From Escherichia coli (GTDB taxonomy: Bacteria; Pseudomonadota; Gammaproteobacteria; Enterobacterales; Enterobacteriaceae): DNA of 64,000 nt. This document shows, piece by piece, positions 23,495 to 33,880 of the stretch. How positions within the stretch are numbered: the stretch's first letter is position 1; each line of letters starts with the position of its first letter. The notes below the pieces were generated by a model. It did not search any database. It was not told the DNA's origin and saw only the letters and a program-made list of their open reading frames with translations. The position numbers were made by a program, and so were the translations under genes. The stretch lies in the NCBI RefSeq assembly GCF_050920415.1, contig NZ_CP169309.1; one strand, written 5' to 3'.

Positions 23495-23743
23495 ATGAAG
23501 CCTTATTTTGCTGCTTTGATGTTATCAGTCTCTGTCCTTCCTGCTTATGCTGGTCCGCTCGGTACTGCTGATAAAGCCGACCTACCGCAAAGCAATGTCT
23601 CCAGCCCAATGATGGCCCAGTCGCTCAGGCAACCAGACCTGCAACCAATATCGACGGACAGGAAAACAGAATGTTTTCGCCTTTACACACCAGATCGCAA
23701 ACCGGGGGTGAACTGCGTTCCTGATGGCTCGACAGGCCATTAA
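23495..23743 (+). CDS. Small secreted protein, 82 aa, with cleavable signal peptide (position matches what I recall as yjbT in K-12; unverified)
   Basis: AGGTGG RBS 7 nt before ATG; MKPYFAALMLSVSVLPAYA signal peptide followed by hydrophilic mature part with two Cys. Confidence 0.6.
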   Translation: MKPYFAALMLSVSVLPAYAGPLGTADKADLPQSNVSSPMMAQSLRQPDLQPISTDRKTECFRLYTPDRKPGVNCVPDGSTGH

Positions 23744-23789
23744 GAATGAAGGTGCCAGTGAGTGCGAAAACTGGCACCTTTCCTCTGAC

Positions 23790-25886
23790 TTAGCGGAAAT
23801 TGACGCTTCGGTCGCTGGTCATGTCATACAACTGGAACTTACGCCCAAGTTGCTGACCACCGTCACGCGTCAGCGGCGTCCAGCCAATTGCCGCTCGGCT
23901 ACGAGTCGGGCCAGACGAGAAGAGATCCAACGGTACAGAGATATACACGCCTTTGGTGAAGTCCCCTTCGCCGTACTCCTCTTTCGAAACATTCGTGATC
24001 GTGGCATACCCACCCACTACCACGCCGCTGTCAAAGCGTTTGGCGATTTCCAGCGTGCCGCCTTTATCCCCTGCCAGATATTGCCCGACGCTGGCTTTCA
24101 CTAACACATCCTGAGCGAAAGATGGCGTCCAGTAGGCGGTCAAATGACCAGTTTTCACGCTGTAATCGGTGAATTTCATCATATCTTTCGCGCTACGCCA
24201 GTCGCGCTGTTTAACGTAGTTAGCATCCAGACCAAACGCCCAGTTGCTATCCAGCGGGCGATACAACACCTCTGCCCCCGCGCCGCCAAACATGGTTTCG
24301 AGATAACCACCGTAGACCTGACCGTAGAAGCCGTTGCCCAGATGCTGGAAATAGTTGGCTTGCAGGTTATTCACATAGACATCATTCTGCACATACTCAC
24401 GCACATGGGTACGAACGCGCGGTAAGTGCGAGTCCTGCGGTGGATTGGTGTAATTAAACTTGTCGTAATTGTTCGCCAGGTTAGCAAACAGGCTACCGGT
24501 GGTCAGCAGATGGTCCGTCAGCCACAAATCCGCCGTTCCCATCACGCCCAACTGGTACATGTAAAAGTTTTCCGGGCCCCCGACCGACTGGTTCAGCACC
24601 GGATCGATATGGAAATCAAAGCGTGATTTGTCGATATACCAGCCCTGCTCGGTGGACGCAGGAACTACCGGCTCGACGCGTTTTTGCGCCAGCGTCGTTT
24701 CGTGGCCCAACGGCTCTCCGGCAAGATGATTTTTCAGGCTGGCGACATCCGTTTCCGTCGTCACCTGCGGCATGTTAAGGCGATTTTCTGTAACGCGGAT
24801 CGTCTTGATCCCCTCCGGCAGATCGTTCATCACGATCCGATTAGCACGGATGATCCCTTCACGCGAATCACGATATTTCACCTGCTCACCGGTGACGTAC
24901 AGCGTATCGCCTTTCGTCTGGATCTGCGGATCGGCCAGTCCGGCGTTGTATTTCAACAGCGTTAACTGATTCGCCACCACCGAATGCTGCAAAATGGCAT
25001 CCTGTGGTTGCGGTTGATATTGCGGACGGGCGTTATCATTGTAGGACGGGCGTAGATCGTTAAAGTTGGTACGCAGCGTGACGCCAAACATAAAGGTGTT
25101 ACCGCGTTCATAGCTAAGGTTAACGTCGGCCCAATCGGTAACGCGATAAATCGCCCCGACGTTAAACTTACTTTTTTGCTCCAGCTTCCCGGCAAAATCC
25201 TGCTGATAATTATTGCCTTCATACTCCAGTTTCAGACGCAGCGGCTGCCAGGACGTCTGGTATTCCACGCCGCCAAACAGTGAGGCCGGACCGTGGAACA
25301 TCTGGCTGCCGTCGATAGATCCCGCTTGTTTGTAGCTGTTATCGCGATAGCAATATTTGTCACTGGCTGAACAGAGCGGATTTTTCACGTTACCGCTGGT
25401 GCCCAGATATCCCCAGCCCAGGCCGAGCGTAAAATCGAATGGCCCCCAGGCTTTGCTGGCGACAAGATATTCCGCATCGAACAGCCCCGTACCGCCGATA
25501 TCCCGCGCACCAACCGCCACCTGTGGCAGCCAGTAACTCTCTTCCCATAAACGCAGTTTGAGATCGAAGGCTTTATCTTTATACGTTTGATCACCAGAGA
25601 ACGCTTCGACGCTGCTGTACTGCCGAGTGCGCACGTCGGTATAACGCAGCGTTGTTTCCAGCCACGGGAAGAGTTGCACTGAAGCTGAGTAATAACGGTA
25701 CTGATCGTTATCGCGATAGTTCAGACTCAACTCCCCTTCCCGCGCCATGCGCGCGGTAGGTGTTTGTAATAATCCTACACCACCGAAATCCGATTGCGAC
25801 GGACCAATGGGCGCAGGATATGTTTCGCCGTAGCAAGCTGTGCTAATGCCCAGCGCCAGTAAGCTAAGCAGATGTCTTTTTTTCAT
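23790..25886 (-). CDS. yjbH: Outer-membrane exopolysaccharide-export lipoprotein YjbH, 698 aa
   Basis: 698-aa ORF with signal peptide [20 protein letters not shown]; last gene of yjbEFGH cluster. Confidence 0.88.
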   Translation of the reverse strand: MKKRHLLSLLALGISTACYGETYPAPIGPSQSDFGGVGLLQTPTARMAREGELSLNYRDNDQYRYYSASVQLFPWLETTLRYTDVRTRQYSSVEAFSGDQTYKDKAFDLKLRLWEESYWLPQVAVGARDIGGTGLFDAEYLVASKAWGPFDFTLGLGWGYLGTSGNVKNPLCSASDKYCYRDNSYKQAGSIDGSQMFHGPASLFGGVEYQTSWQPLRLKLEYEGNNYQQDFAGKLEQKSKFNVGAIYRVTDWADVNLSYERGNTFMFGVTLRTNFNDLRPSYNDNARPQYQPQPQDAILQHSVVANQLTLLKYNAGLADPQIQTKGDTLYVTGEQVKYRDSREGIIRANRIVMNDLPEGIKTIRVTENRLNMPQVTTETDVASLKNHLAGEPLGHETTLAQKRVEPVVPASTEQGWYIDKSRFDFHIDPVLNQSVGGPENFYMYQLGVMGTADLWLTDHLLTTGSLFANLANNYDKFNYTNPPQDSHLPRVRTHVREYVQNDVYVNNLQANYFQHLGNGFYGQVYGGYLETMFGGAGAEVLYRPLDSNWAFGLDANYVKQRDWRSAKDMMKFTDYSVKTGHLTAYWTPSFAQDVLVKASVGQYLAGDKGGTLEIAKRFDSGVVVGGYATITNVSKEEYGEGDFTKGVYISVPLDLFSSGPTRSRAAIGWTPLTRDGGQQLGRKFQLYDMTSDRSVNFR

Positions 25887-26623
25887 TATTGCGGTATCCG
25901 CTGCGTCAGAGTCTGAAGAATGTCAGCGTTAAGGGCATCAGGTGTCTCACTCCAGACGGAGTCCGCGAGGCCAACATAAATAATGCTGCCGGGCATCGGC
26001 TCTACGTGACGCTTGTTCCAGTAAGCCACCGGCGCTTTTTGCGTGCGTCCGTCCGGGTAAACCACCCACGCGTAGCTGCGATCCGCACCGCTGAGCAGGC
26101 TCTGGTCAGAGAGATAGCTCGCCACGTCGCGACCGGGAGTGAATGACTGCTTGCCTGGACGACTGATAAGCCCGAACAACGTGACCGTGGACGGCGGTGG
26201 TCCGACCCACAGCGTGTAGTTGCCCTGCAACGGCGGGTTACCGCGTTCGGCAACGCGCACGATATCAGAATCAAGATTGATTTTTTGTCTGCCCGTCACC
26301 TTCAACGCCTGAATTTGCTGGCGTAAGGCGTTAATGGCGGCAGCATCGTCGGCGCTGGAATCTGCAGCCAGTTCTGCCAGCCGTGTCAGCAACGCCTGCT
26401 GCTGACGCAATGCAGCCGCCGTTGCTAGCTCTTCGCTAATCACCGCTCCGGGCCACCAACTGTTTGCGAGCCGCGGTTGACCCACCAGATCAATTAAATG
26501 CTCTGCGCCTGTCAGCGTTTTGGCCTCATTGCTGCCATTGCTGAACACTTTGACGGTGCCTGCCGCAAAGACCGATGACGCTCCCACGCTCATAATCAAC
26601 GCAGCAATAGTTTGTTTAATCAT
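25886..26623 (-). CDS. yjbG: Periplasmic capsule-assembly protein YjbG, 245 aa
   Basis: Internal Met [22 protein letters not shown] signal peptide; stop overlaps the yjbH start (ATGA). Confidence 0.85.
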   Translation of the reverse strand: MIKQTIAALIMSVGASSVFAAGTVKVFSNGSNEAKTLTGAEHLIDLVGQPRLANSWWPGAVISEELATAAALRQQQALLTRLAELAADSSADDAAAINALRQQIQALKVTGRQKINLDSDIVRVAERGNPPLQGNYTLWVGPPPSTVTLFGLISRPGKQSFTPGRDVASYLSDQSLLSGADRSYAWVVYPDGRTQKAPVAYWNKRHVEPMPGSIIYVGLADSVWSETPDALNADILQTLTQRIPQ

Positions 26624-27258
26624 TGTTTTGCCGCCTTGATGAGAGTGGTTTTCACCGGGAAATAATCCGCGCCGAGATACTGTTCCGACTGGCGAATTTG
26701 CCCTTCGCTGTCGATCCAATAGCGGTTATGCCAGCGCGCCTGGTCGGTGGAGACTTCTTCGTCCAGCACACGAACCGGAGTTTCATCGCTACCGACTTTG
26801 ACGGTATCGGTGCCATCCCATTTGAAAACCGAGCGTGCGGTGGCGTAGCGCACCTGCTGGTACTCGGTCCAGCCCATCGTGCGCGTCCAGGTTGCGCCAT
26901 CAACAATTTGTGCGGGTTTTATCAGCGGGTCGGCGGCAAGGTTATTCACTTCAATCAGGTTATCGCCGCCAAGCAAAGTCTTCACCAGACGACCATGTTG
27001 TGTGACGAGAGTGGCCTGATCCTGAGTGACCCATTTTTGTTGTCCATCTTCAGCGAAGGCCAGCACCACAAACAACTGCGGCCCGCCATTAAGCTGCATG
27101 TACTGGCTGGCGTAGGGCATATTTTGAATATCATCGTCCGTCAGCTGTACGCCTGGCGTACCGAACAGACTGTCCCACAGTGAATTGCCCAGCTCTTTAG
27201 TCGTGGCTGAACAGGCCTGTAATAGCAGGCAGATAAGAATGAGTGCAGGTCGCTTCAC
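26620..27258 (-). CDS. yjbF: Lipoprotein YjbF, about 212 aa (probable GTG start)
   Basis: KRPALILICLLLQACSATTKE lipobox signal peptide; overlaps the yjbG start by 4 nt. Confidence 0.8.
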   Translation of the reverse strand: MKRPALILICLLLQACSATTKELGNSLWDSLFGTPGVQLTDDDIQNMPYASQYMQLNGGPQLFVVLAFAEDGQQKWVTQDQATLVTQHGRLVKTLLGGDNLIEVNNLAADPLIKPAQIVDGATWTRTMGWTEYQQVRYATARSVFKWDGTDTVKVGSDETPVRVLDEEVSTDQARWHNRYWIDSEGQIRQSEQYLGADYFPVKTTLIKAAKQ

Positions 27259-27372
27259 GACTCTTCTCCAGAGGGGCAGAATAACCACACCGGAGTGTGG
27301 TTATGGTTAATCCCCGTCATACTTCAAGCCACAGATGCGATGACTCAAATTATTTTGGGGATACATACTTTA

Positions 27373-27615
27373 TTACTGGGTACTGGTGGTCGTGGTTGTT
27401 GTGGTCCCGGTATTAGAACCATCACCGCCACCGGTTGCCGCGAGCGCGACACCCACCGCCGAGCTTACGGTGCTGACGCTGGTTGCGGAGGAGCTACCCG
27501 CCGAAACCGACGTTGCTGCAGACCCTGCCGCTTCGCCCACCTGTACAGGTGCAGCCCACGCAGAAGTCGCCGCAAGCGCAGATATGGCAAAAATGCCATA
27601 CAGAACTTTTTTCAT
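27373..27615 (-). CDS. yjbE: Small secreted Ala/Ser/Thr-rich protein YjbE, 80 aa
   Basis: [21 protein letters not shown] signal peptide then low-complexity A/S/T/G-rich sequence ending in a poly-Thr tract. Confidence 0.85.
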
Positions 27616-27918
27616 AACAATTTCCCTTCATTGAATGAATGGAGATTTACCCAAAAACATTTCGGGCGGGATCGAGTATACACAACTAAAGCATGCGAAT
27701 TACGGCGCGGAGAATTAGTGATGGGGTTTTAGGATAATTGGAATGAATATCAAATATAAGCTTCAGCTTATATATAAATAACACTAAAAATCATAAGCTT
27801 AAAATAAAAATAAAAGTAATTAATCTGCGTATTTTCCGAAATCAATCATGATTAAAAATCTATTTTAGGATTAACCTCACGGTATGATTTTCGTTAAATC
27901 ACAGACAAGGGGATTTAT

Positions 27919-27955
27919 CTGATAAAACAATGCCGACTTATAGTCGGCATTGTTA
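27919..27955 (-). terminator. Rho-independent terminator of pgi
   Basis: aacaatgccgac-ttat-agtcggcattgtt hairpin followed on the minus strand by a U-rich tract. Confidence 0.65.
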
Positions 27956-27969
27956 TTAAGGTTATTTAA

Positions 27970-29619
27970 TTAACCGCGCCACGCTTTATAGCGGTTAATC
28001 AGACCATTGGTCGAGCTATCGTGGCTGCTGATTTCTTTGTCATCTTTCAGCTCTGGCAGAATACGGTTCGCCAGCTGTTTACCCAGCTCCACGCCCCACT
28101 GGTCGAAGGTGAAGATGTTCAGGATCACGCCCTGAGTAAAGATTTTGTGCTCATACAGCGCAATCAACGCACCCAGGCTGAACGGAGTGATTTCGCGCAG
28201 CAGGATAGAGTTGGTTGGGCGGTTACCTTCGAACACTTTGAACGGTACCACGTAGTCAAGCGTTGCCGGATCTTTACCCTGATCGCGATATTCCTGCTCA
28301 ACCACTTCGCGGGATTTACCAAACGCCAGCGCTTCGGTCTGAGCGAAGAAGTTAGACAGCAGTTTCTGGTGATGATCAGAGAGCGGGTTATGGGTGATAG
28401 CCGGGGCGATGAAATCGCACGGCACCATCTTCGTACCCTGGTGGATCAGCTGGTAGAACGCGTGCTGACCGTTCGTGCCAGGTTCACCCCAGATAATCGG
28501 GCCAGTCTGGTAATCCACAACGTTACCGTTACGGTCTACATACTTACCGTTGGACTCCATATTGCCCTGCTGGAAGTACGCTGCGAAACGGTGCATATAC
28601 TGGTCGTACGGCAGAATCGCTTCAGTTTCCGCGCCAAAGAAATTGTTGTACCAGATGCCGATCAGCGCCAGCAGTACAGGCAGGTTTTTCTCTGCAGGTG
28701 TGGTGGAGAAATGCTTGTCCATCGCGTGTGCGCCGGAAAGCAGTTCAACGAAGTTATCAAAGCCGATGGAGAGAACAATCGACAAGCCAATCGCTGACCA
28801 TAAAGAGTAACGACCGCCGACCCAGTCCCAGAACTCGAACATGTTGGCGGTATCAATACCAAACTCACCAACGGCTTTGGCATTGGTTGAGAGCGCCGCA
28901 AAGTGTTTCGCAACGTGTTTCTCATCACCTGCCGCTTTCAGGAACCAGTCACGCGCGCTATGGGCGTTGGTCATGGTTTCCTGAGTGGTGAAGGTTTTAG
29001 ATGCTACCAGGAACAGCGTGGTTTCCGGGTTTACTTTTTTCAGCACTTCCGCGATGTGAGTTCCATCGACGTTAGAAACAAAGTGCATGTTCAGGTGATT
29101 TTTGTACGGACGCAGTGCTTCGGTCACCATGTACGGCCCGAGGTCAGAACCGCCGATCCCGATGTTCACTACGTCAGTGATTGCTTTGCCGGTATAGCCT
29201 TTCCACTCACCGGAAATAATCGCTTCCGAGAAGGTTTTCATCTTCTCCAGCACGGCGTTAACTTCCGGCATGACATCTTTGCCATCAACCAGAATCGGGG
29301 TATTGCTACGGTTACGCAACGCTACGTGCAGTACGGCGCGGTTTTCAGTGCGGTTGATCTTCTCGCCAGAGAACATCGACTTAATCGCACTCGCCAGATC
29401 GCACTCTTTCGCCAGATCCTGTAATTTCGCCAGCGTCTCTTCAGTGATGCGGTTTTTGGAGTAATCCACCAGCATCTGATCGTCGAAGGTTGCGGAGAAC
29501 TTAGAAAAACGATCGCCGTCTTTAGCAAAAAGATCGGCGATCGTAACGTCTTTCATTTCATCGAAGTGTTTCTGTAGTGCCTGCCAGGCCGCGGTCTGCG
29601 TTGGATTGATGTTTTTCAT
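27970..29619 (-). CDS. pgi: Glucose-6-phosphate isomerase Pgi, 549 aa
   Basis: [72 protein letters not shown]... is E. coli Pgi. Confidence 0.97.
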   Translation of the reverse strand: MKNINPTQTAAWQALQKHFDEMKDVTIADLFAKDGDRFSKFSATFDDQMLVDYSKNRITEETLAKLQDLAKECDLASAIKSMFSGEKINRTENRAVLHVALRNRSNTPILVDGKDVMPEVNAVLEKMKTFSEAIISGEWKGYTGKAITDVVNIGIGGSDLGPYMVTEALRPYKNHLNMHFVSNVDGTHIAEVLKKVNPETTLFLVASKTFTTQETMTNAHSARDWFLKAAGDEKHVAKHFAALSTNAKAVGEFGIDTANMFEFWDWVGGRYSLWSAIGLSIVLSIGFDNFVELLSGAHAMDKHFSTTPAEKNLPVLLALIGIWYNNFFGAETEAILPYDQYMHRFAAYFQQGNMESNGKYVDRNGNVVDYQTGPIIWGEPGTNGQHAFYQLIHQGTKMVPCDFIAPAITHNPLSDHHQKLLSNFFAQTEALAFGKSREVVEQEYRDQGKDPATLDYVVPFKVFEGNRPTNSILLREITPFSLGALIALYEHKIFTQGVILNIFTFDQWGVELGKQLANRILPELKDDKEISSHDSSTNGLINRYKAWRG

Positions 29620-29861
29620 TAGCAATACTCTTCTGATTTTGAGAATTGTGACTTTGGAAGATTGTAGCGCCAGTCACAGAAAAATGTGATGGTTTTAGTG
29701 CCGTTAGCGTAATGTTGAGTGTAAACCCTTAGCGCGATGAAGCATTTATTAGTTGAACTACTGACCGCCAGGAGTGGATGAAAAATCCGCATGACCCCAT
29801 CGTTGACAACCGCCCCGCTCACCCTTTATTTATAAATGTACTACCTGCGCTAGCGCAGGCC

Positions 29862-30060
29862 AGAAGAGGCGCGTTGCCCAAGTAACGGTGTTGGAGGAGC
29901 CAGTCCTGTGATAACACCTGAGGGGGTGCATCGCCGAGGTGATTGAACGGCTGGCCACGTTCATCATCGGCTACAGGGGCTGAATCCCCTGGGTTGTCAC
30001 CAGAAGCGTTCGCAGTCGGGCGTTTCGCAAGTGGTGGAGCACTTCTGGGTGAAAATAGTA
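29862..30060 (+). promoter_or_regulatory. Lysine riboswitch (LYS element) in the lysC 5' leader
   Basis: Leader matches the known lysC riboswitch: AGAGGCGCGTTGCCCAAGTAACGGTGTTGGAGGAGCCAGTCCTGTGATAACACCTGAGGGGGTGCATCGCCGAGGTGATTGAACGGCTGG...; about 300-nt untranslated leader before lysC. Confidence 0.85.
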
Positions 30061-30143
30061 GCGAAGTATCGCTCTGCGCCCACCCGTCTTCCGCTCTTCC
30101 CTTGTGCCAAGGCTGAAAATGGATCCCCTGACACGAGGTAGTT

Positions 30144-31493
30144 ATGTCTGAAATTGTTGTCTCCAAATTTGGCGGTACCAGCGTAGCTGATTTTGACGCG
30201 ATGAACCGCAGCGCTGATATTGTCCTTTCTGATGCCAACGTACGTTTAGTTGTCCTCTCAGCTTCTGCTGGTATCACTAATCTGCTGGTCGCTTTAGCTG
30301 AAGGACTGGAACCTGGCGAGCGATTCGAAAAACTCGACGCAATCCGCAATATCCAGTTTGCCATTCTGGAACGTCTGCGTTACCCGAACGTTATTCGTGA
30401 AGAGATTGAACGTCTGCTGGAGAACATTACTGTTCTGGCAGAAGCGGCGGCGCTGGCAACGTCTCCGGCGCTGACAGATGAACTGGTCAGCCACGGCGAG
30501 CTGATGTCGACCCTGCTGTTTGTTGAGATCCTGCGCGAACGCGATATTCAGGCACAGTGGTTTGATGTACGTAAAGTGATGCGTACTAATGACCGATTTG
30601 GTCGTGCAGAGCCAGACGTAGCCGCGCTGGCGGAACTGACCGCGCTGCAGCTGCTCCCGCGCCTCAATGAAGGCTTAGTGATCACCCAAGGATTTATCGG
30701 CAGCGAAAGTAAAGGTCGTACAACGACGCTTGGCCGTGGAGGCAGCGATTATACGGCAGCCTTGCTGGCGGAGGCTTTACACGCTTCTCGTGTTGATATC
30801 TGGACCGATGTCCCAGGCATCTACACCACCGATCCACGCGTGGTCACCGCAGCAAAACGCATTGATGAAATCGCGTTTGCCGAAGCGGCAGAGATGGCAA
30901 CTTTTGGTGCAAAAGTACTGCATCCGGCAACGTTGCTACCCGCAGTACGCAGCGATATTCCGGTGTTTGTCGGCTCCAGTAAAGACCCACGCGCAGGTGG
31001 TACGCTGGTGTGCAATAAAACTGAAAATCCGCCGCTGTTCCGCGCCCTGGCGCTTCGTCGTAATCAGACTCTGCTCACTTTGCACAGCCTGAATATGCTG
31101 CATTCTCGCGGTTTCCTCGCGGAAGTTTTCGGCATTCTCGCGCGGCATAATATTTCGGTGGATCTCATCACCACCTCCGAAGTGAGCGTGGCGTTGACAC
31201 TTGATACCACCGGTTCCACCTCCACTGGCGATACATTGCTGACGCAATCCCTGCTGATGGAGCTGTCTGCACTATGCCGGGTAGAAGTGGAAGAAGGTCT
31301 GGCACTGGTCGCGTTAATTGGTAATGACCTGTCAAAAGCCTGCGGCGTTGGCAAAGAGGTATTTGGCGTACTGGAACCGTTTAACATCCGCATGATTTGC
31401 TACGGCGCATCCAGCCATAACCTGTGCTTCCTGGTGCCCGGCGAAGATGCCGAGCAGGTGGTGCAGAAGCTGCATTTTAATTTGTTTGAGTAA
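30144..31493 (+). CDS. lysC: Lysine-sensitive aspartokinase III, 449 aa
   Basis: MSEIVVSKFGGTSVADFDAMNRSADIVLSDANVRLVVLSASAGITNLLVALAEGLE... with C-terminal ACT domains. Confidence 0.97.
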   Translation: MSEIVVSKFGGTSVADFDAMNRSADIVLSDANVRLVVLSASAGITNLLVALAEGLEPGERFEKLDAIRNIQFAILERLRYPNVIREEIERLLENITVLAEAAALATSPALTDELVSHGELMSTLLFVEILRERDIQAQWFDVRKVMRTNDRFGRAEPDVAALAELTALQLLPRLNEGLVITQGFIGSESKGRTTTLGRGGSDYTAALLAEALHASRVDIWTDVPGIYTTDPRVVTAAKRIDEIAFAEAAEMATFGAKVLHPATLLPAVRSDIPVFVGSSKDPRAGGTLVCNKTENPPLFRALALRRNQTLLTLHSLNMLHSRGFLAEVFGILARHNISVDLITTSEVSVALTLDTTGSTSTGDTLLTQSLLMELSALCRVEVEEGLALVALIGNDLSKACGVGKEVFGVLEPFNIRMICYGASSHNLCFLVPGEDAEQVVQKLHFNLFE

Positions 31494-31502
31494 ACACAGT
31501 AT

Positions 31503-31539
31503 GGCCCGAAAGACATTATTTCGGGCCGTATGTTTTTCT
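31503..31539 (+). terminator. Rho-independent terminator of lysC
   Basis: ggcccgaaa-gacattat-ttcgggcc hairpin followed by gtatgttttt. Confidence 0.75.
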
Positions 31540-31744
31540 TGTCATTATGCCCATCAATAAACGAGTCTATTTCCTGTTAACCAGCATCTTTATCTGAGAA
31601 TAATTACCTTTAATTTTTTATCTGCATCTCTAGCTAATTATCGAGAGAGATAAATATTTAAGAGAAGGCAAAATGAATATTATCAGTTCTGCTCGCAAAG
31701 GAATTCCCGTACACTGAACTCTCCGGCTCACTGAGGGCACCATC

Positions 31745-32017
31745 ATGGCACTCCCCCGTATTACCCAAAAAGAGATGACTGAACGCGAGCAGCGCGAACT
31801 AAAAACATTGCTGGATCGCGCGCGGATTGCGCATGGTCGCGTACTGACCAACTCCGAAACCAACAGCATCAAGAAAGAGTACATCGATAAATTAATGGTT
31901 GAGCGTGAGGCTGAAGCAAAAAAAGCCCGCCAGTTGAAGAAAAAGCAGGCTTATAAACCGGATCCTGAAGCGTCGTTTAGCTGGTCGGCAAATACGTCAA
32001 CACGCGGCAGGCGTTAA
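31745..32017 (+). CDS. yjbD: Small basic protein YjbD (DUF3811), 90 aa
   Basis: MALPRITQKEMTEREQRELKTLLDRARIAHGRVLTNSETNSIKKEYIDKLM...; between lysC and rluF as in E. coli. Confidence 0.8.
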   Translation: MALPRITQKEMTEREQRELKTLLDRARIAHGRVLTNSETNSIKKEYIDKLMVEREAEAKKARQLKKKQAYKPDPEASFSWSANTSTRGRR

Positions 32018-32890
32018 TCAACGCCCCTTCTTTTTGCGCCCCGGCGAGGTGAAACGTTTACCGTTGGACGCCGGGCGACCACCTTTTTCCGCCGTTTTTT
32101 CCATCTTAACGACTGGACGTTTGATGCCCGCCGTTTTCGGTTTGGCTTTCGCTTTAGGTTTTGCCTCGGAAGAGGAATTTTCGATGAGTTTAAAGAGGTC
32201 GATTAACTCATCGTCGGTTAAATCGCGCCACTCCCCCAGCGGAATGCCGCTTAAGCTGACGTTCATAATGCGCGTACGCTCCAGCTTTTTCACTTCGTAA
32301 CCAAAGTGCTCGCACATGCGACGGATCTGACGGTTCAGTCCCTGCACCAGGGTAATGCGAAAAACAAACGGCGCTTCTTTTTTGACTTTGCACTTTTTCG
32401 TCACCGTCCCGAGGATCGGCACCCCCGCCCCCATACCACGAATAAACTCATCGGTGACTGGTTTATCAACCGTGACCAGGTACTCTTTCTCATGGTCGTT
32501 ACCTGCACGGAGGATTTTATTCACCAGATCGCCGTGATTGGTGAGGAAAATCAGCCCCTGGGAATCTTTATCCAGGCGGCCAATCGGGAACACGCGTTTG
32601 CTGTGGTTAACAAAATCGACAATGTTATCGCGCTCGCCATCTTCGGTGGTGCTGACAATACCGACGGGCTTGTTCAGGGCGATAAGTACCAAATCTTCGG
32701 CTTCCCGAGGCTCAATCAACTGACCATTTACTTTCACAACGTCGCCGGGTTTCACCTGATCGCCAATGGTGGCTCGCTTGCCATTAAGGAACACATTGCC
32801 TTGCTCGATATAGCGATCCGCTTCGCGGCGTGAGCAAATTCCGCTTTCGCTGATGTATTTATTTAAACGGACTGATGAGTCGGGCAGCAT
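32018..32890 (-). CDS. rluF: 23S rRNA pseudouridine(2604) synthase RluF, 290 aa
   Basis: N-terminal S4 domain ([33 protein letters not shown]) plus RsuA-family catalytic core ([19 protein letters not shown]). Confidence 0.92.
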   Translation of the reverse strand: MLPDSSVRLNKYISESGICSRREADRYIEQGNVFLNGKRATIGDQVKPGDVVKVNGQLIEPREAEDLVLIALNKPVGIVSTTEDGERDNIVDFVNHSKRVFPIGRLDKDSQGLIFLTNHGDLVNKILRAGNDHEKEYLVTVDKPVTDEFIRGMGAGVPILGTVTKKCKVKKEAPFVFRITLVQGLNRQIRRMCEHFGYEVKKLERTRIMNVSLSGIPLGEWRDLTDDELIDLFKLIENSSSEAKPKAKAKPKTAGIKRPVVKMEKTAEKGGRPASNGKRFTSPGRKKKGR

Positions 32891-33101
32891 AAATTCTCCT
32901 GTAAAAAACGGAATATACCGTACCTTTGGGTTGATAAAAAATAGTCATGAGCGAACTATTTGTTATTTCCATTGGCTTGAATTCGTTACCTGCTCAAATC
33001 ACTTTCCAGAAGCAATGTGCGACATCGTGAGCCATGTCAGTAAGCGATTAAAATCACAGTGATAGCATGCCTCCCGTGATTTCTTACTAACCGGAGAAGT
33101 A

Positions 33102-33791
33102 ATGGAACTGCTTTTATTGAGTAACTCGACGCTGCCGGGTAAAGCCTGGCTGGAACACGCGCTGCCGCTGATTGCTGAACAGTTGCAGGGTCGCCGTTCA
33201 GCGGTATTTATTCCTTTCGCGGGCGTAACGCAGACCTGGGATGATTACACAGCGAAAACGGCTGCGGTTCTCGCTCCGCTGGGTGTTTCTGTCACCGGTA
33301 TTCATAGCGTTGTCGATCCCGTTGCCGCGATTGAAAATGCTGAGATCGTGATTGTCGGCGGCGGTAATACTTTCCAGTTGCTGAAACAGTGCCGCGAGCG
33401 CGGGCTGCTGACACCAATTACTGACGTGGTGAAACGTGGCGCGCTGTATATTGGCTGGAGCGCAGGCGCTAACCTTGCTTGCCCAACCATTCGTACCACC
33501 AACGATATGCCGATTGTCGATCCGCAAGGTTTCGATGCGCTAAATCTGTTCCCGCTGCAAATCAACCCGCACTTCACCAACGCGCTGCCGGAAGGCCATA
33601 AAGGTGAAACCCGTGAGCAGCGTATTCGCGAACTGCTGGTCGTCGCGCCAGAACTGACGATTATTGGTCTGCCGGAAGGTAACTGGATCACAGTAAGTAA
33701 AGGTCACGCTACGCTGGGTGGCCCGAACACCACTTATGTGTTTAAGGCTGGTGAAGAAGCGGTGCCGCTGGAAGCGGGTCACCGTTTTTAA
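33102..33791 (+). CDS. pepE: Peptidase E (alpha-aspartyl dipeptidase), 229 aa
   Basis: [41 protein letters not shown]... S51 peptidase with GGNTF and GWSAGA motifs. Confidence 0.93.
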   Translation: MELLLLSNSTLPGKAWLEHALPLIAEQLQGRRSAVFIPFAGVTQTWDDYTAKTAAVLAPLGVSVTGIHSVVDPVAAIENAEIVIVGGGNTFQLLKQCRERGLLTPITDVVKRGALYIGWSAGANLACPTIRTTNDMPIVDPQGFDALNLFPLQINPHFTNALPEGHKGETREQRIRELLVVAPELTIIGLPEGNWITVSKGHATLGGPNTTYVFKAGEEAVPLEAGHRF

Positions 33792-33796
33792 GTGAA

Positions 33797-33870
33797 TTGC
33801 CGGATGCATGATCCGGCATCTTGTACATAGTGCCTGATGCGACGCTTTACGCGTCTTATCAGGCCTACAG
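33797..33870. repeat. REP element (pepE-yjbB intergenic)
   Basis: ttgccggatgcatgatccggca palindrome followed by gcctgatgcgacgctttacgcgtcttatcaggcctaca REP unit. Confidence 0.75.
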
Positions 33871-33880
33871 GGGCACGGTA

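Noticed and set aside
27386-27634. 82-aa Pro/Ala/Val-rich ORF overlapping yjbE on the opposite strand
   Set aside because: Mirror image of the yjbE Thr/Ala/Ser-rich low-complexity region; yjbE has the signal peptide and correct operon orientation.
28021-28797. 258-aa ORF on the plus strand inside pgi
   Set aside because: Antisense to a well-supported conserved gene; long antisense ORFs are common in GC-rich coding sequence; no RBS or independent support.
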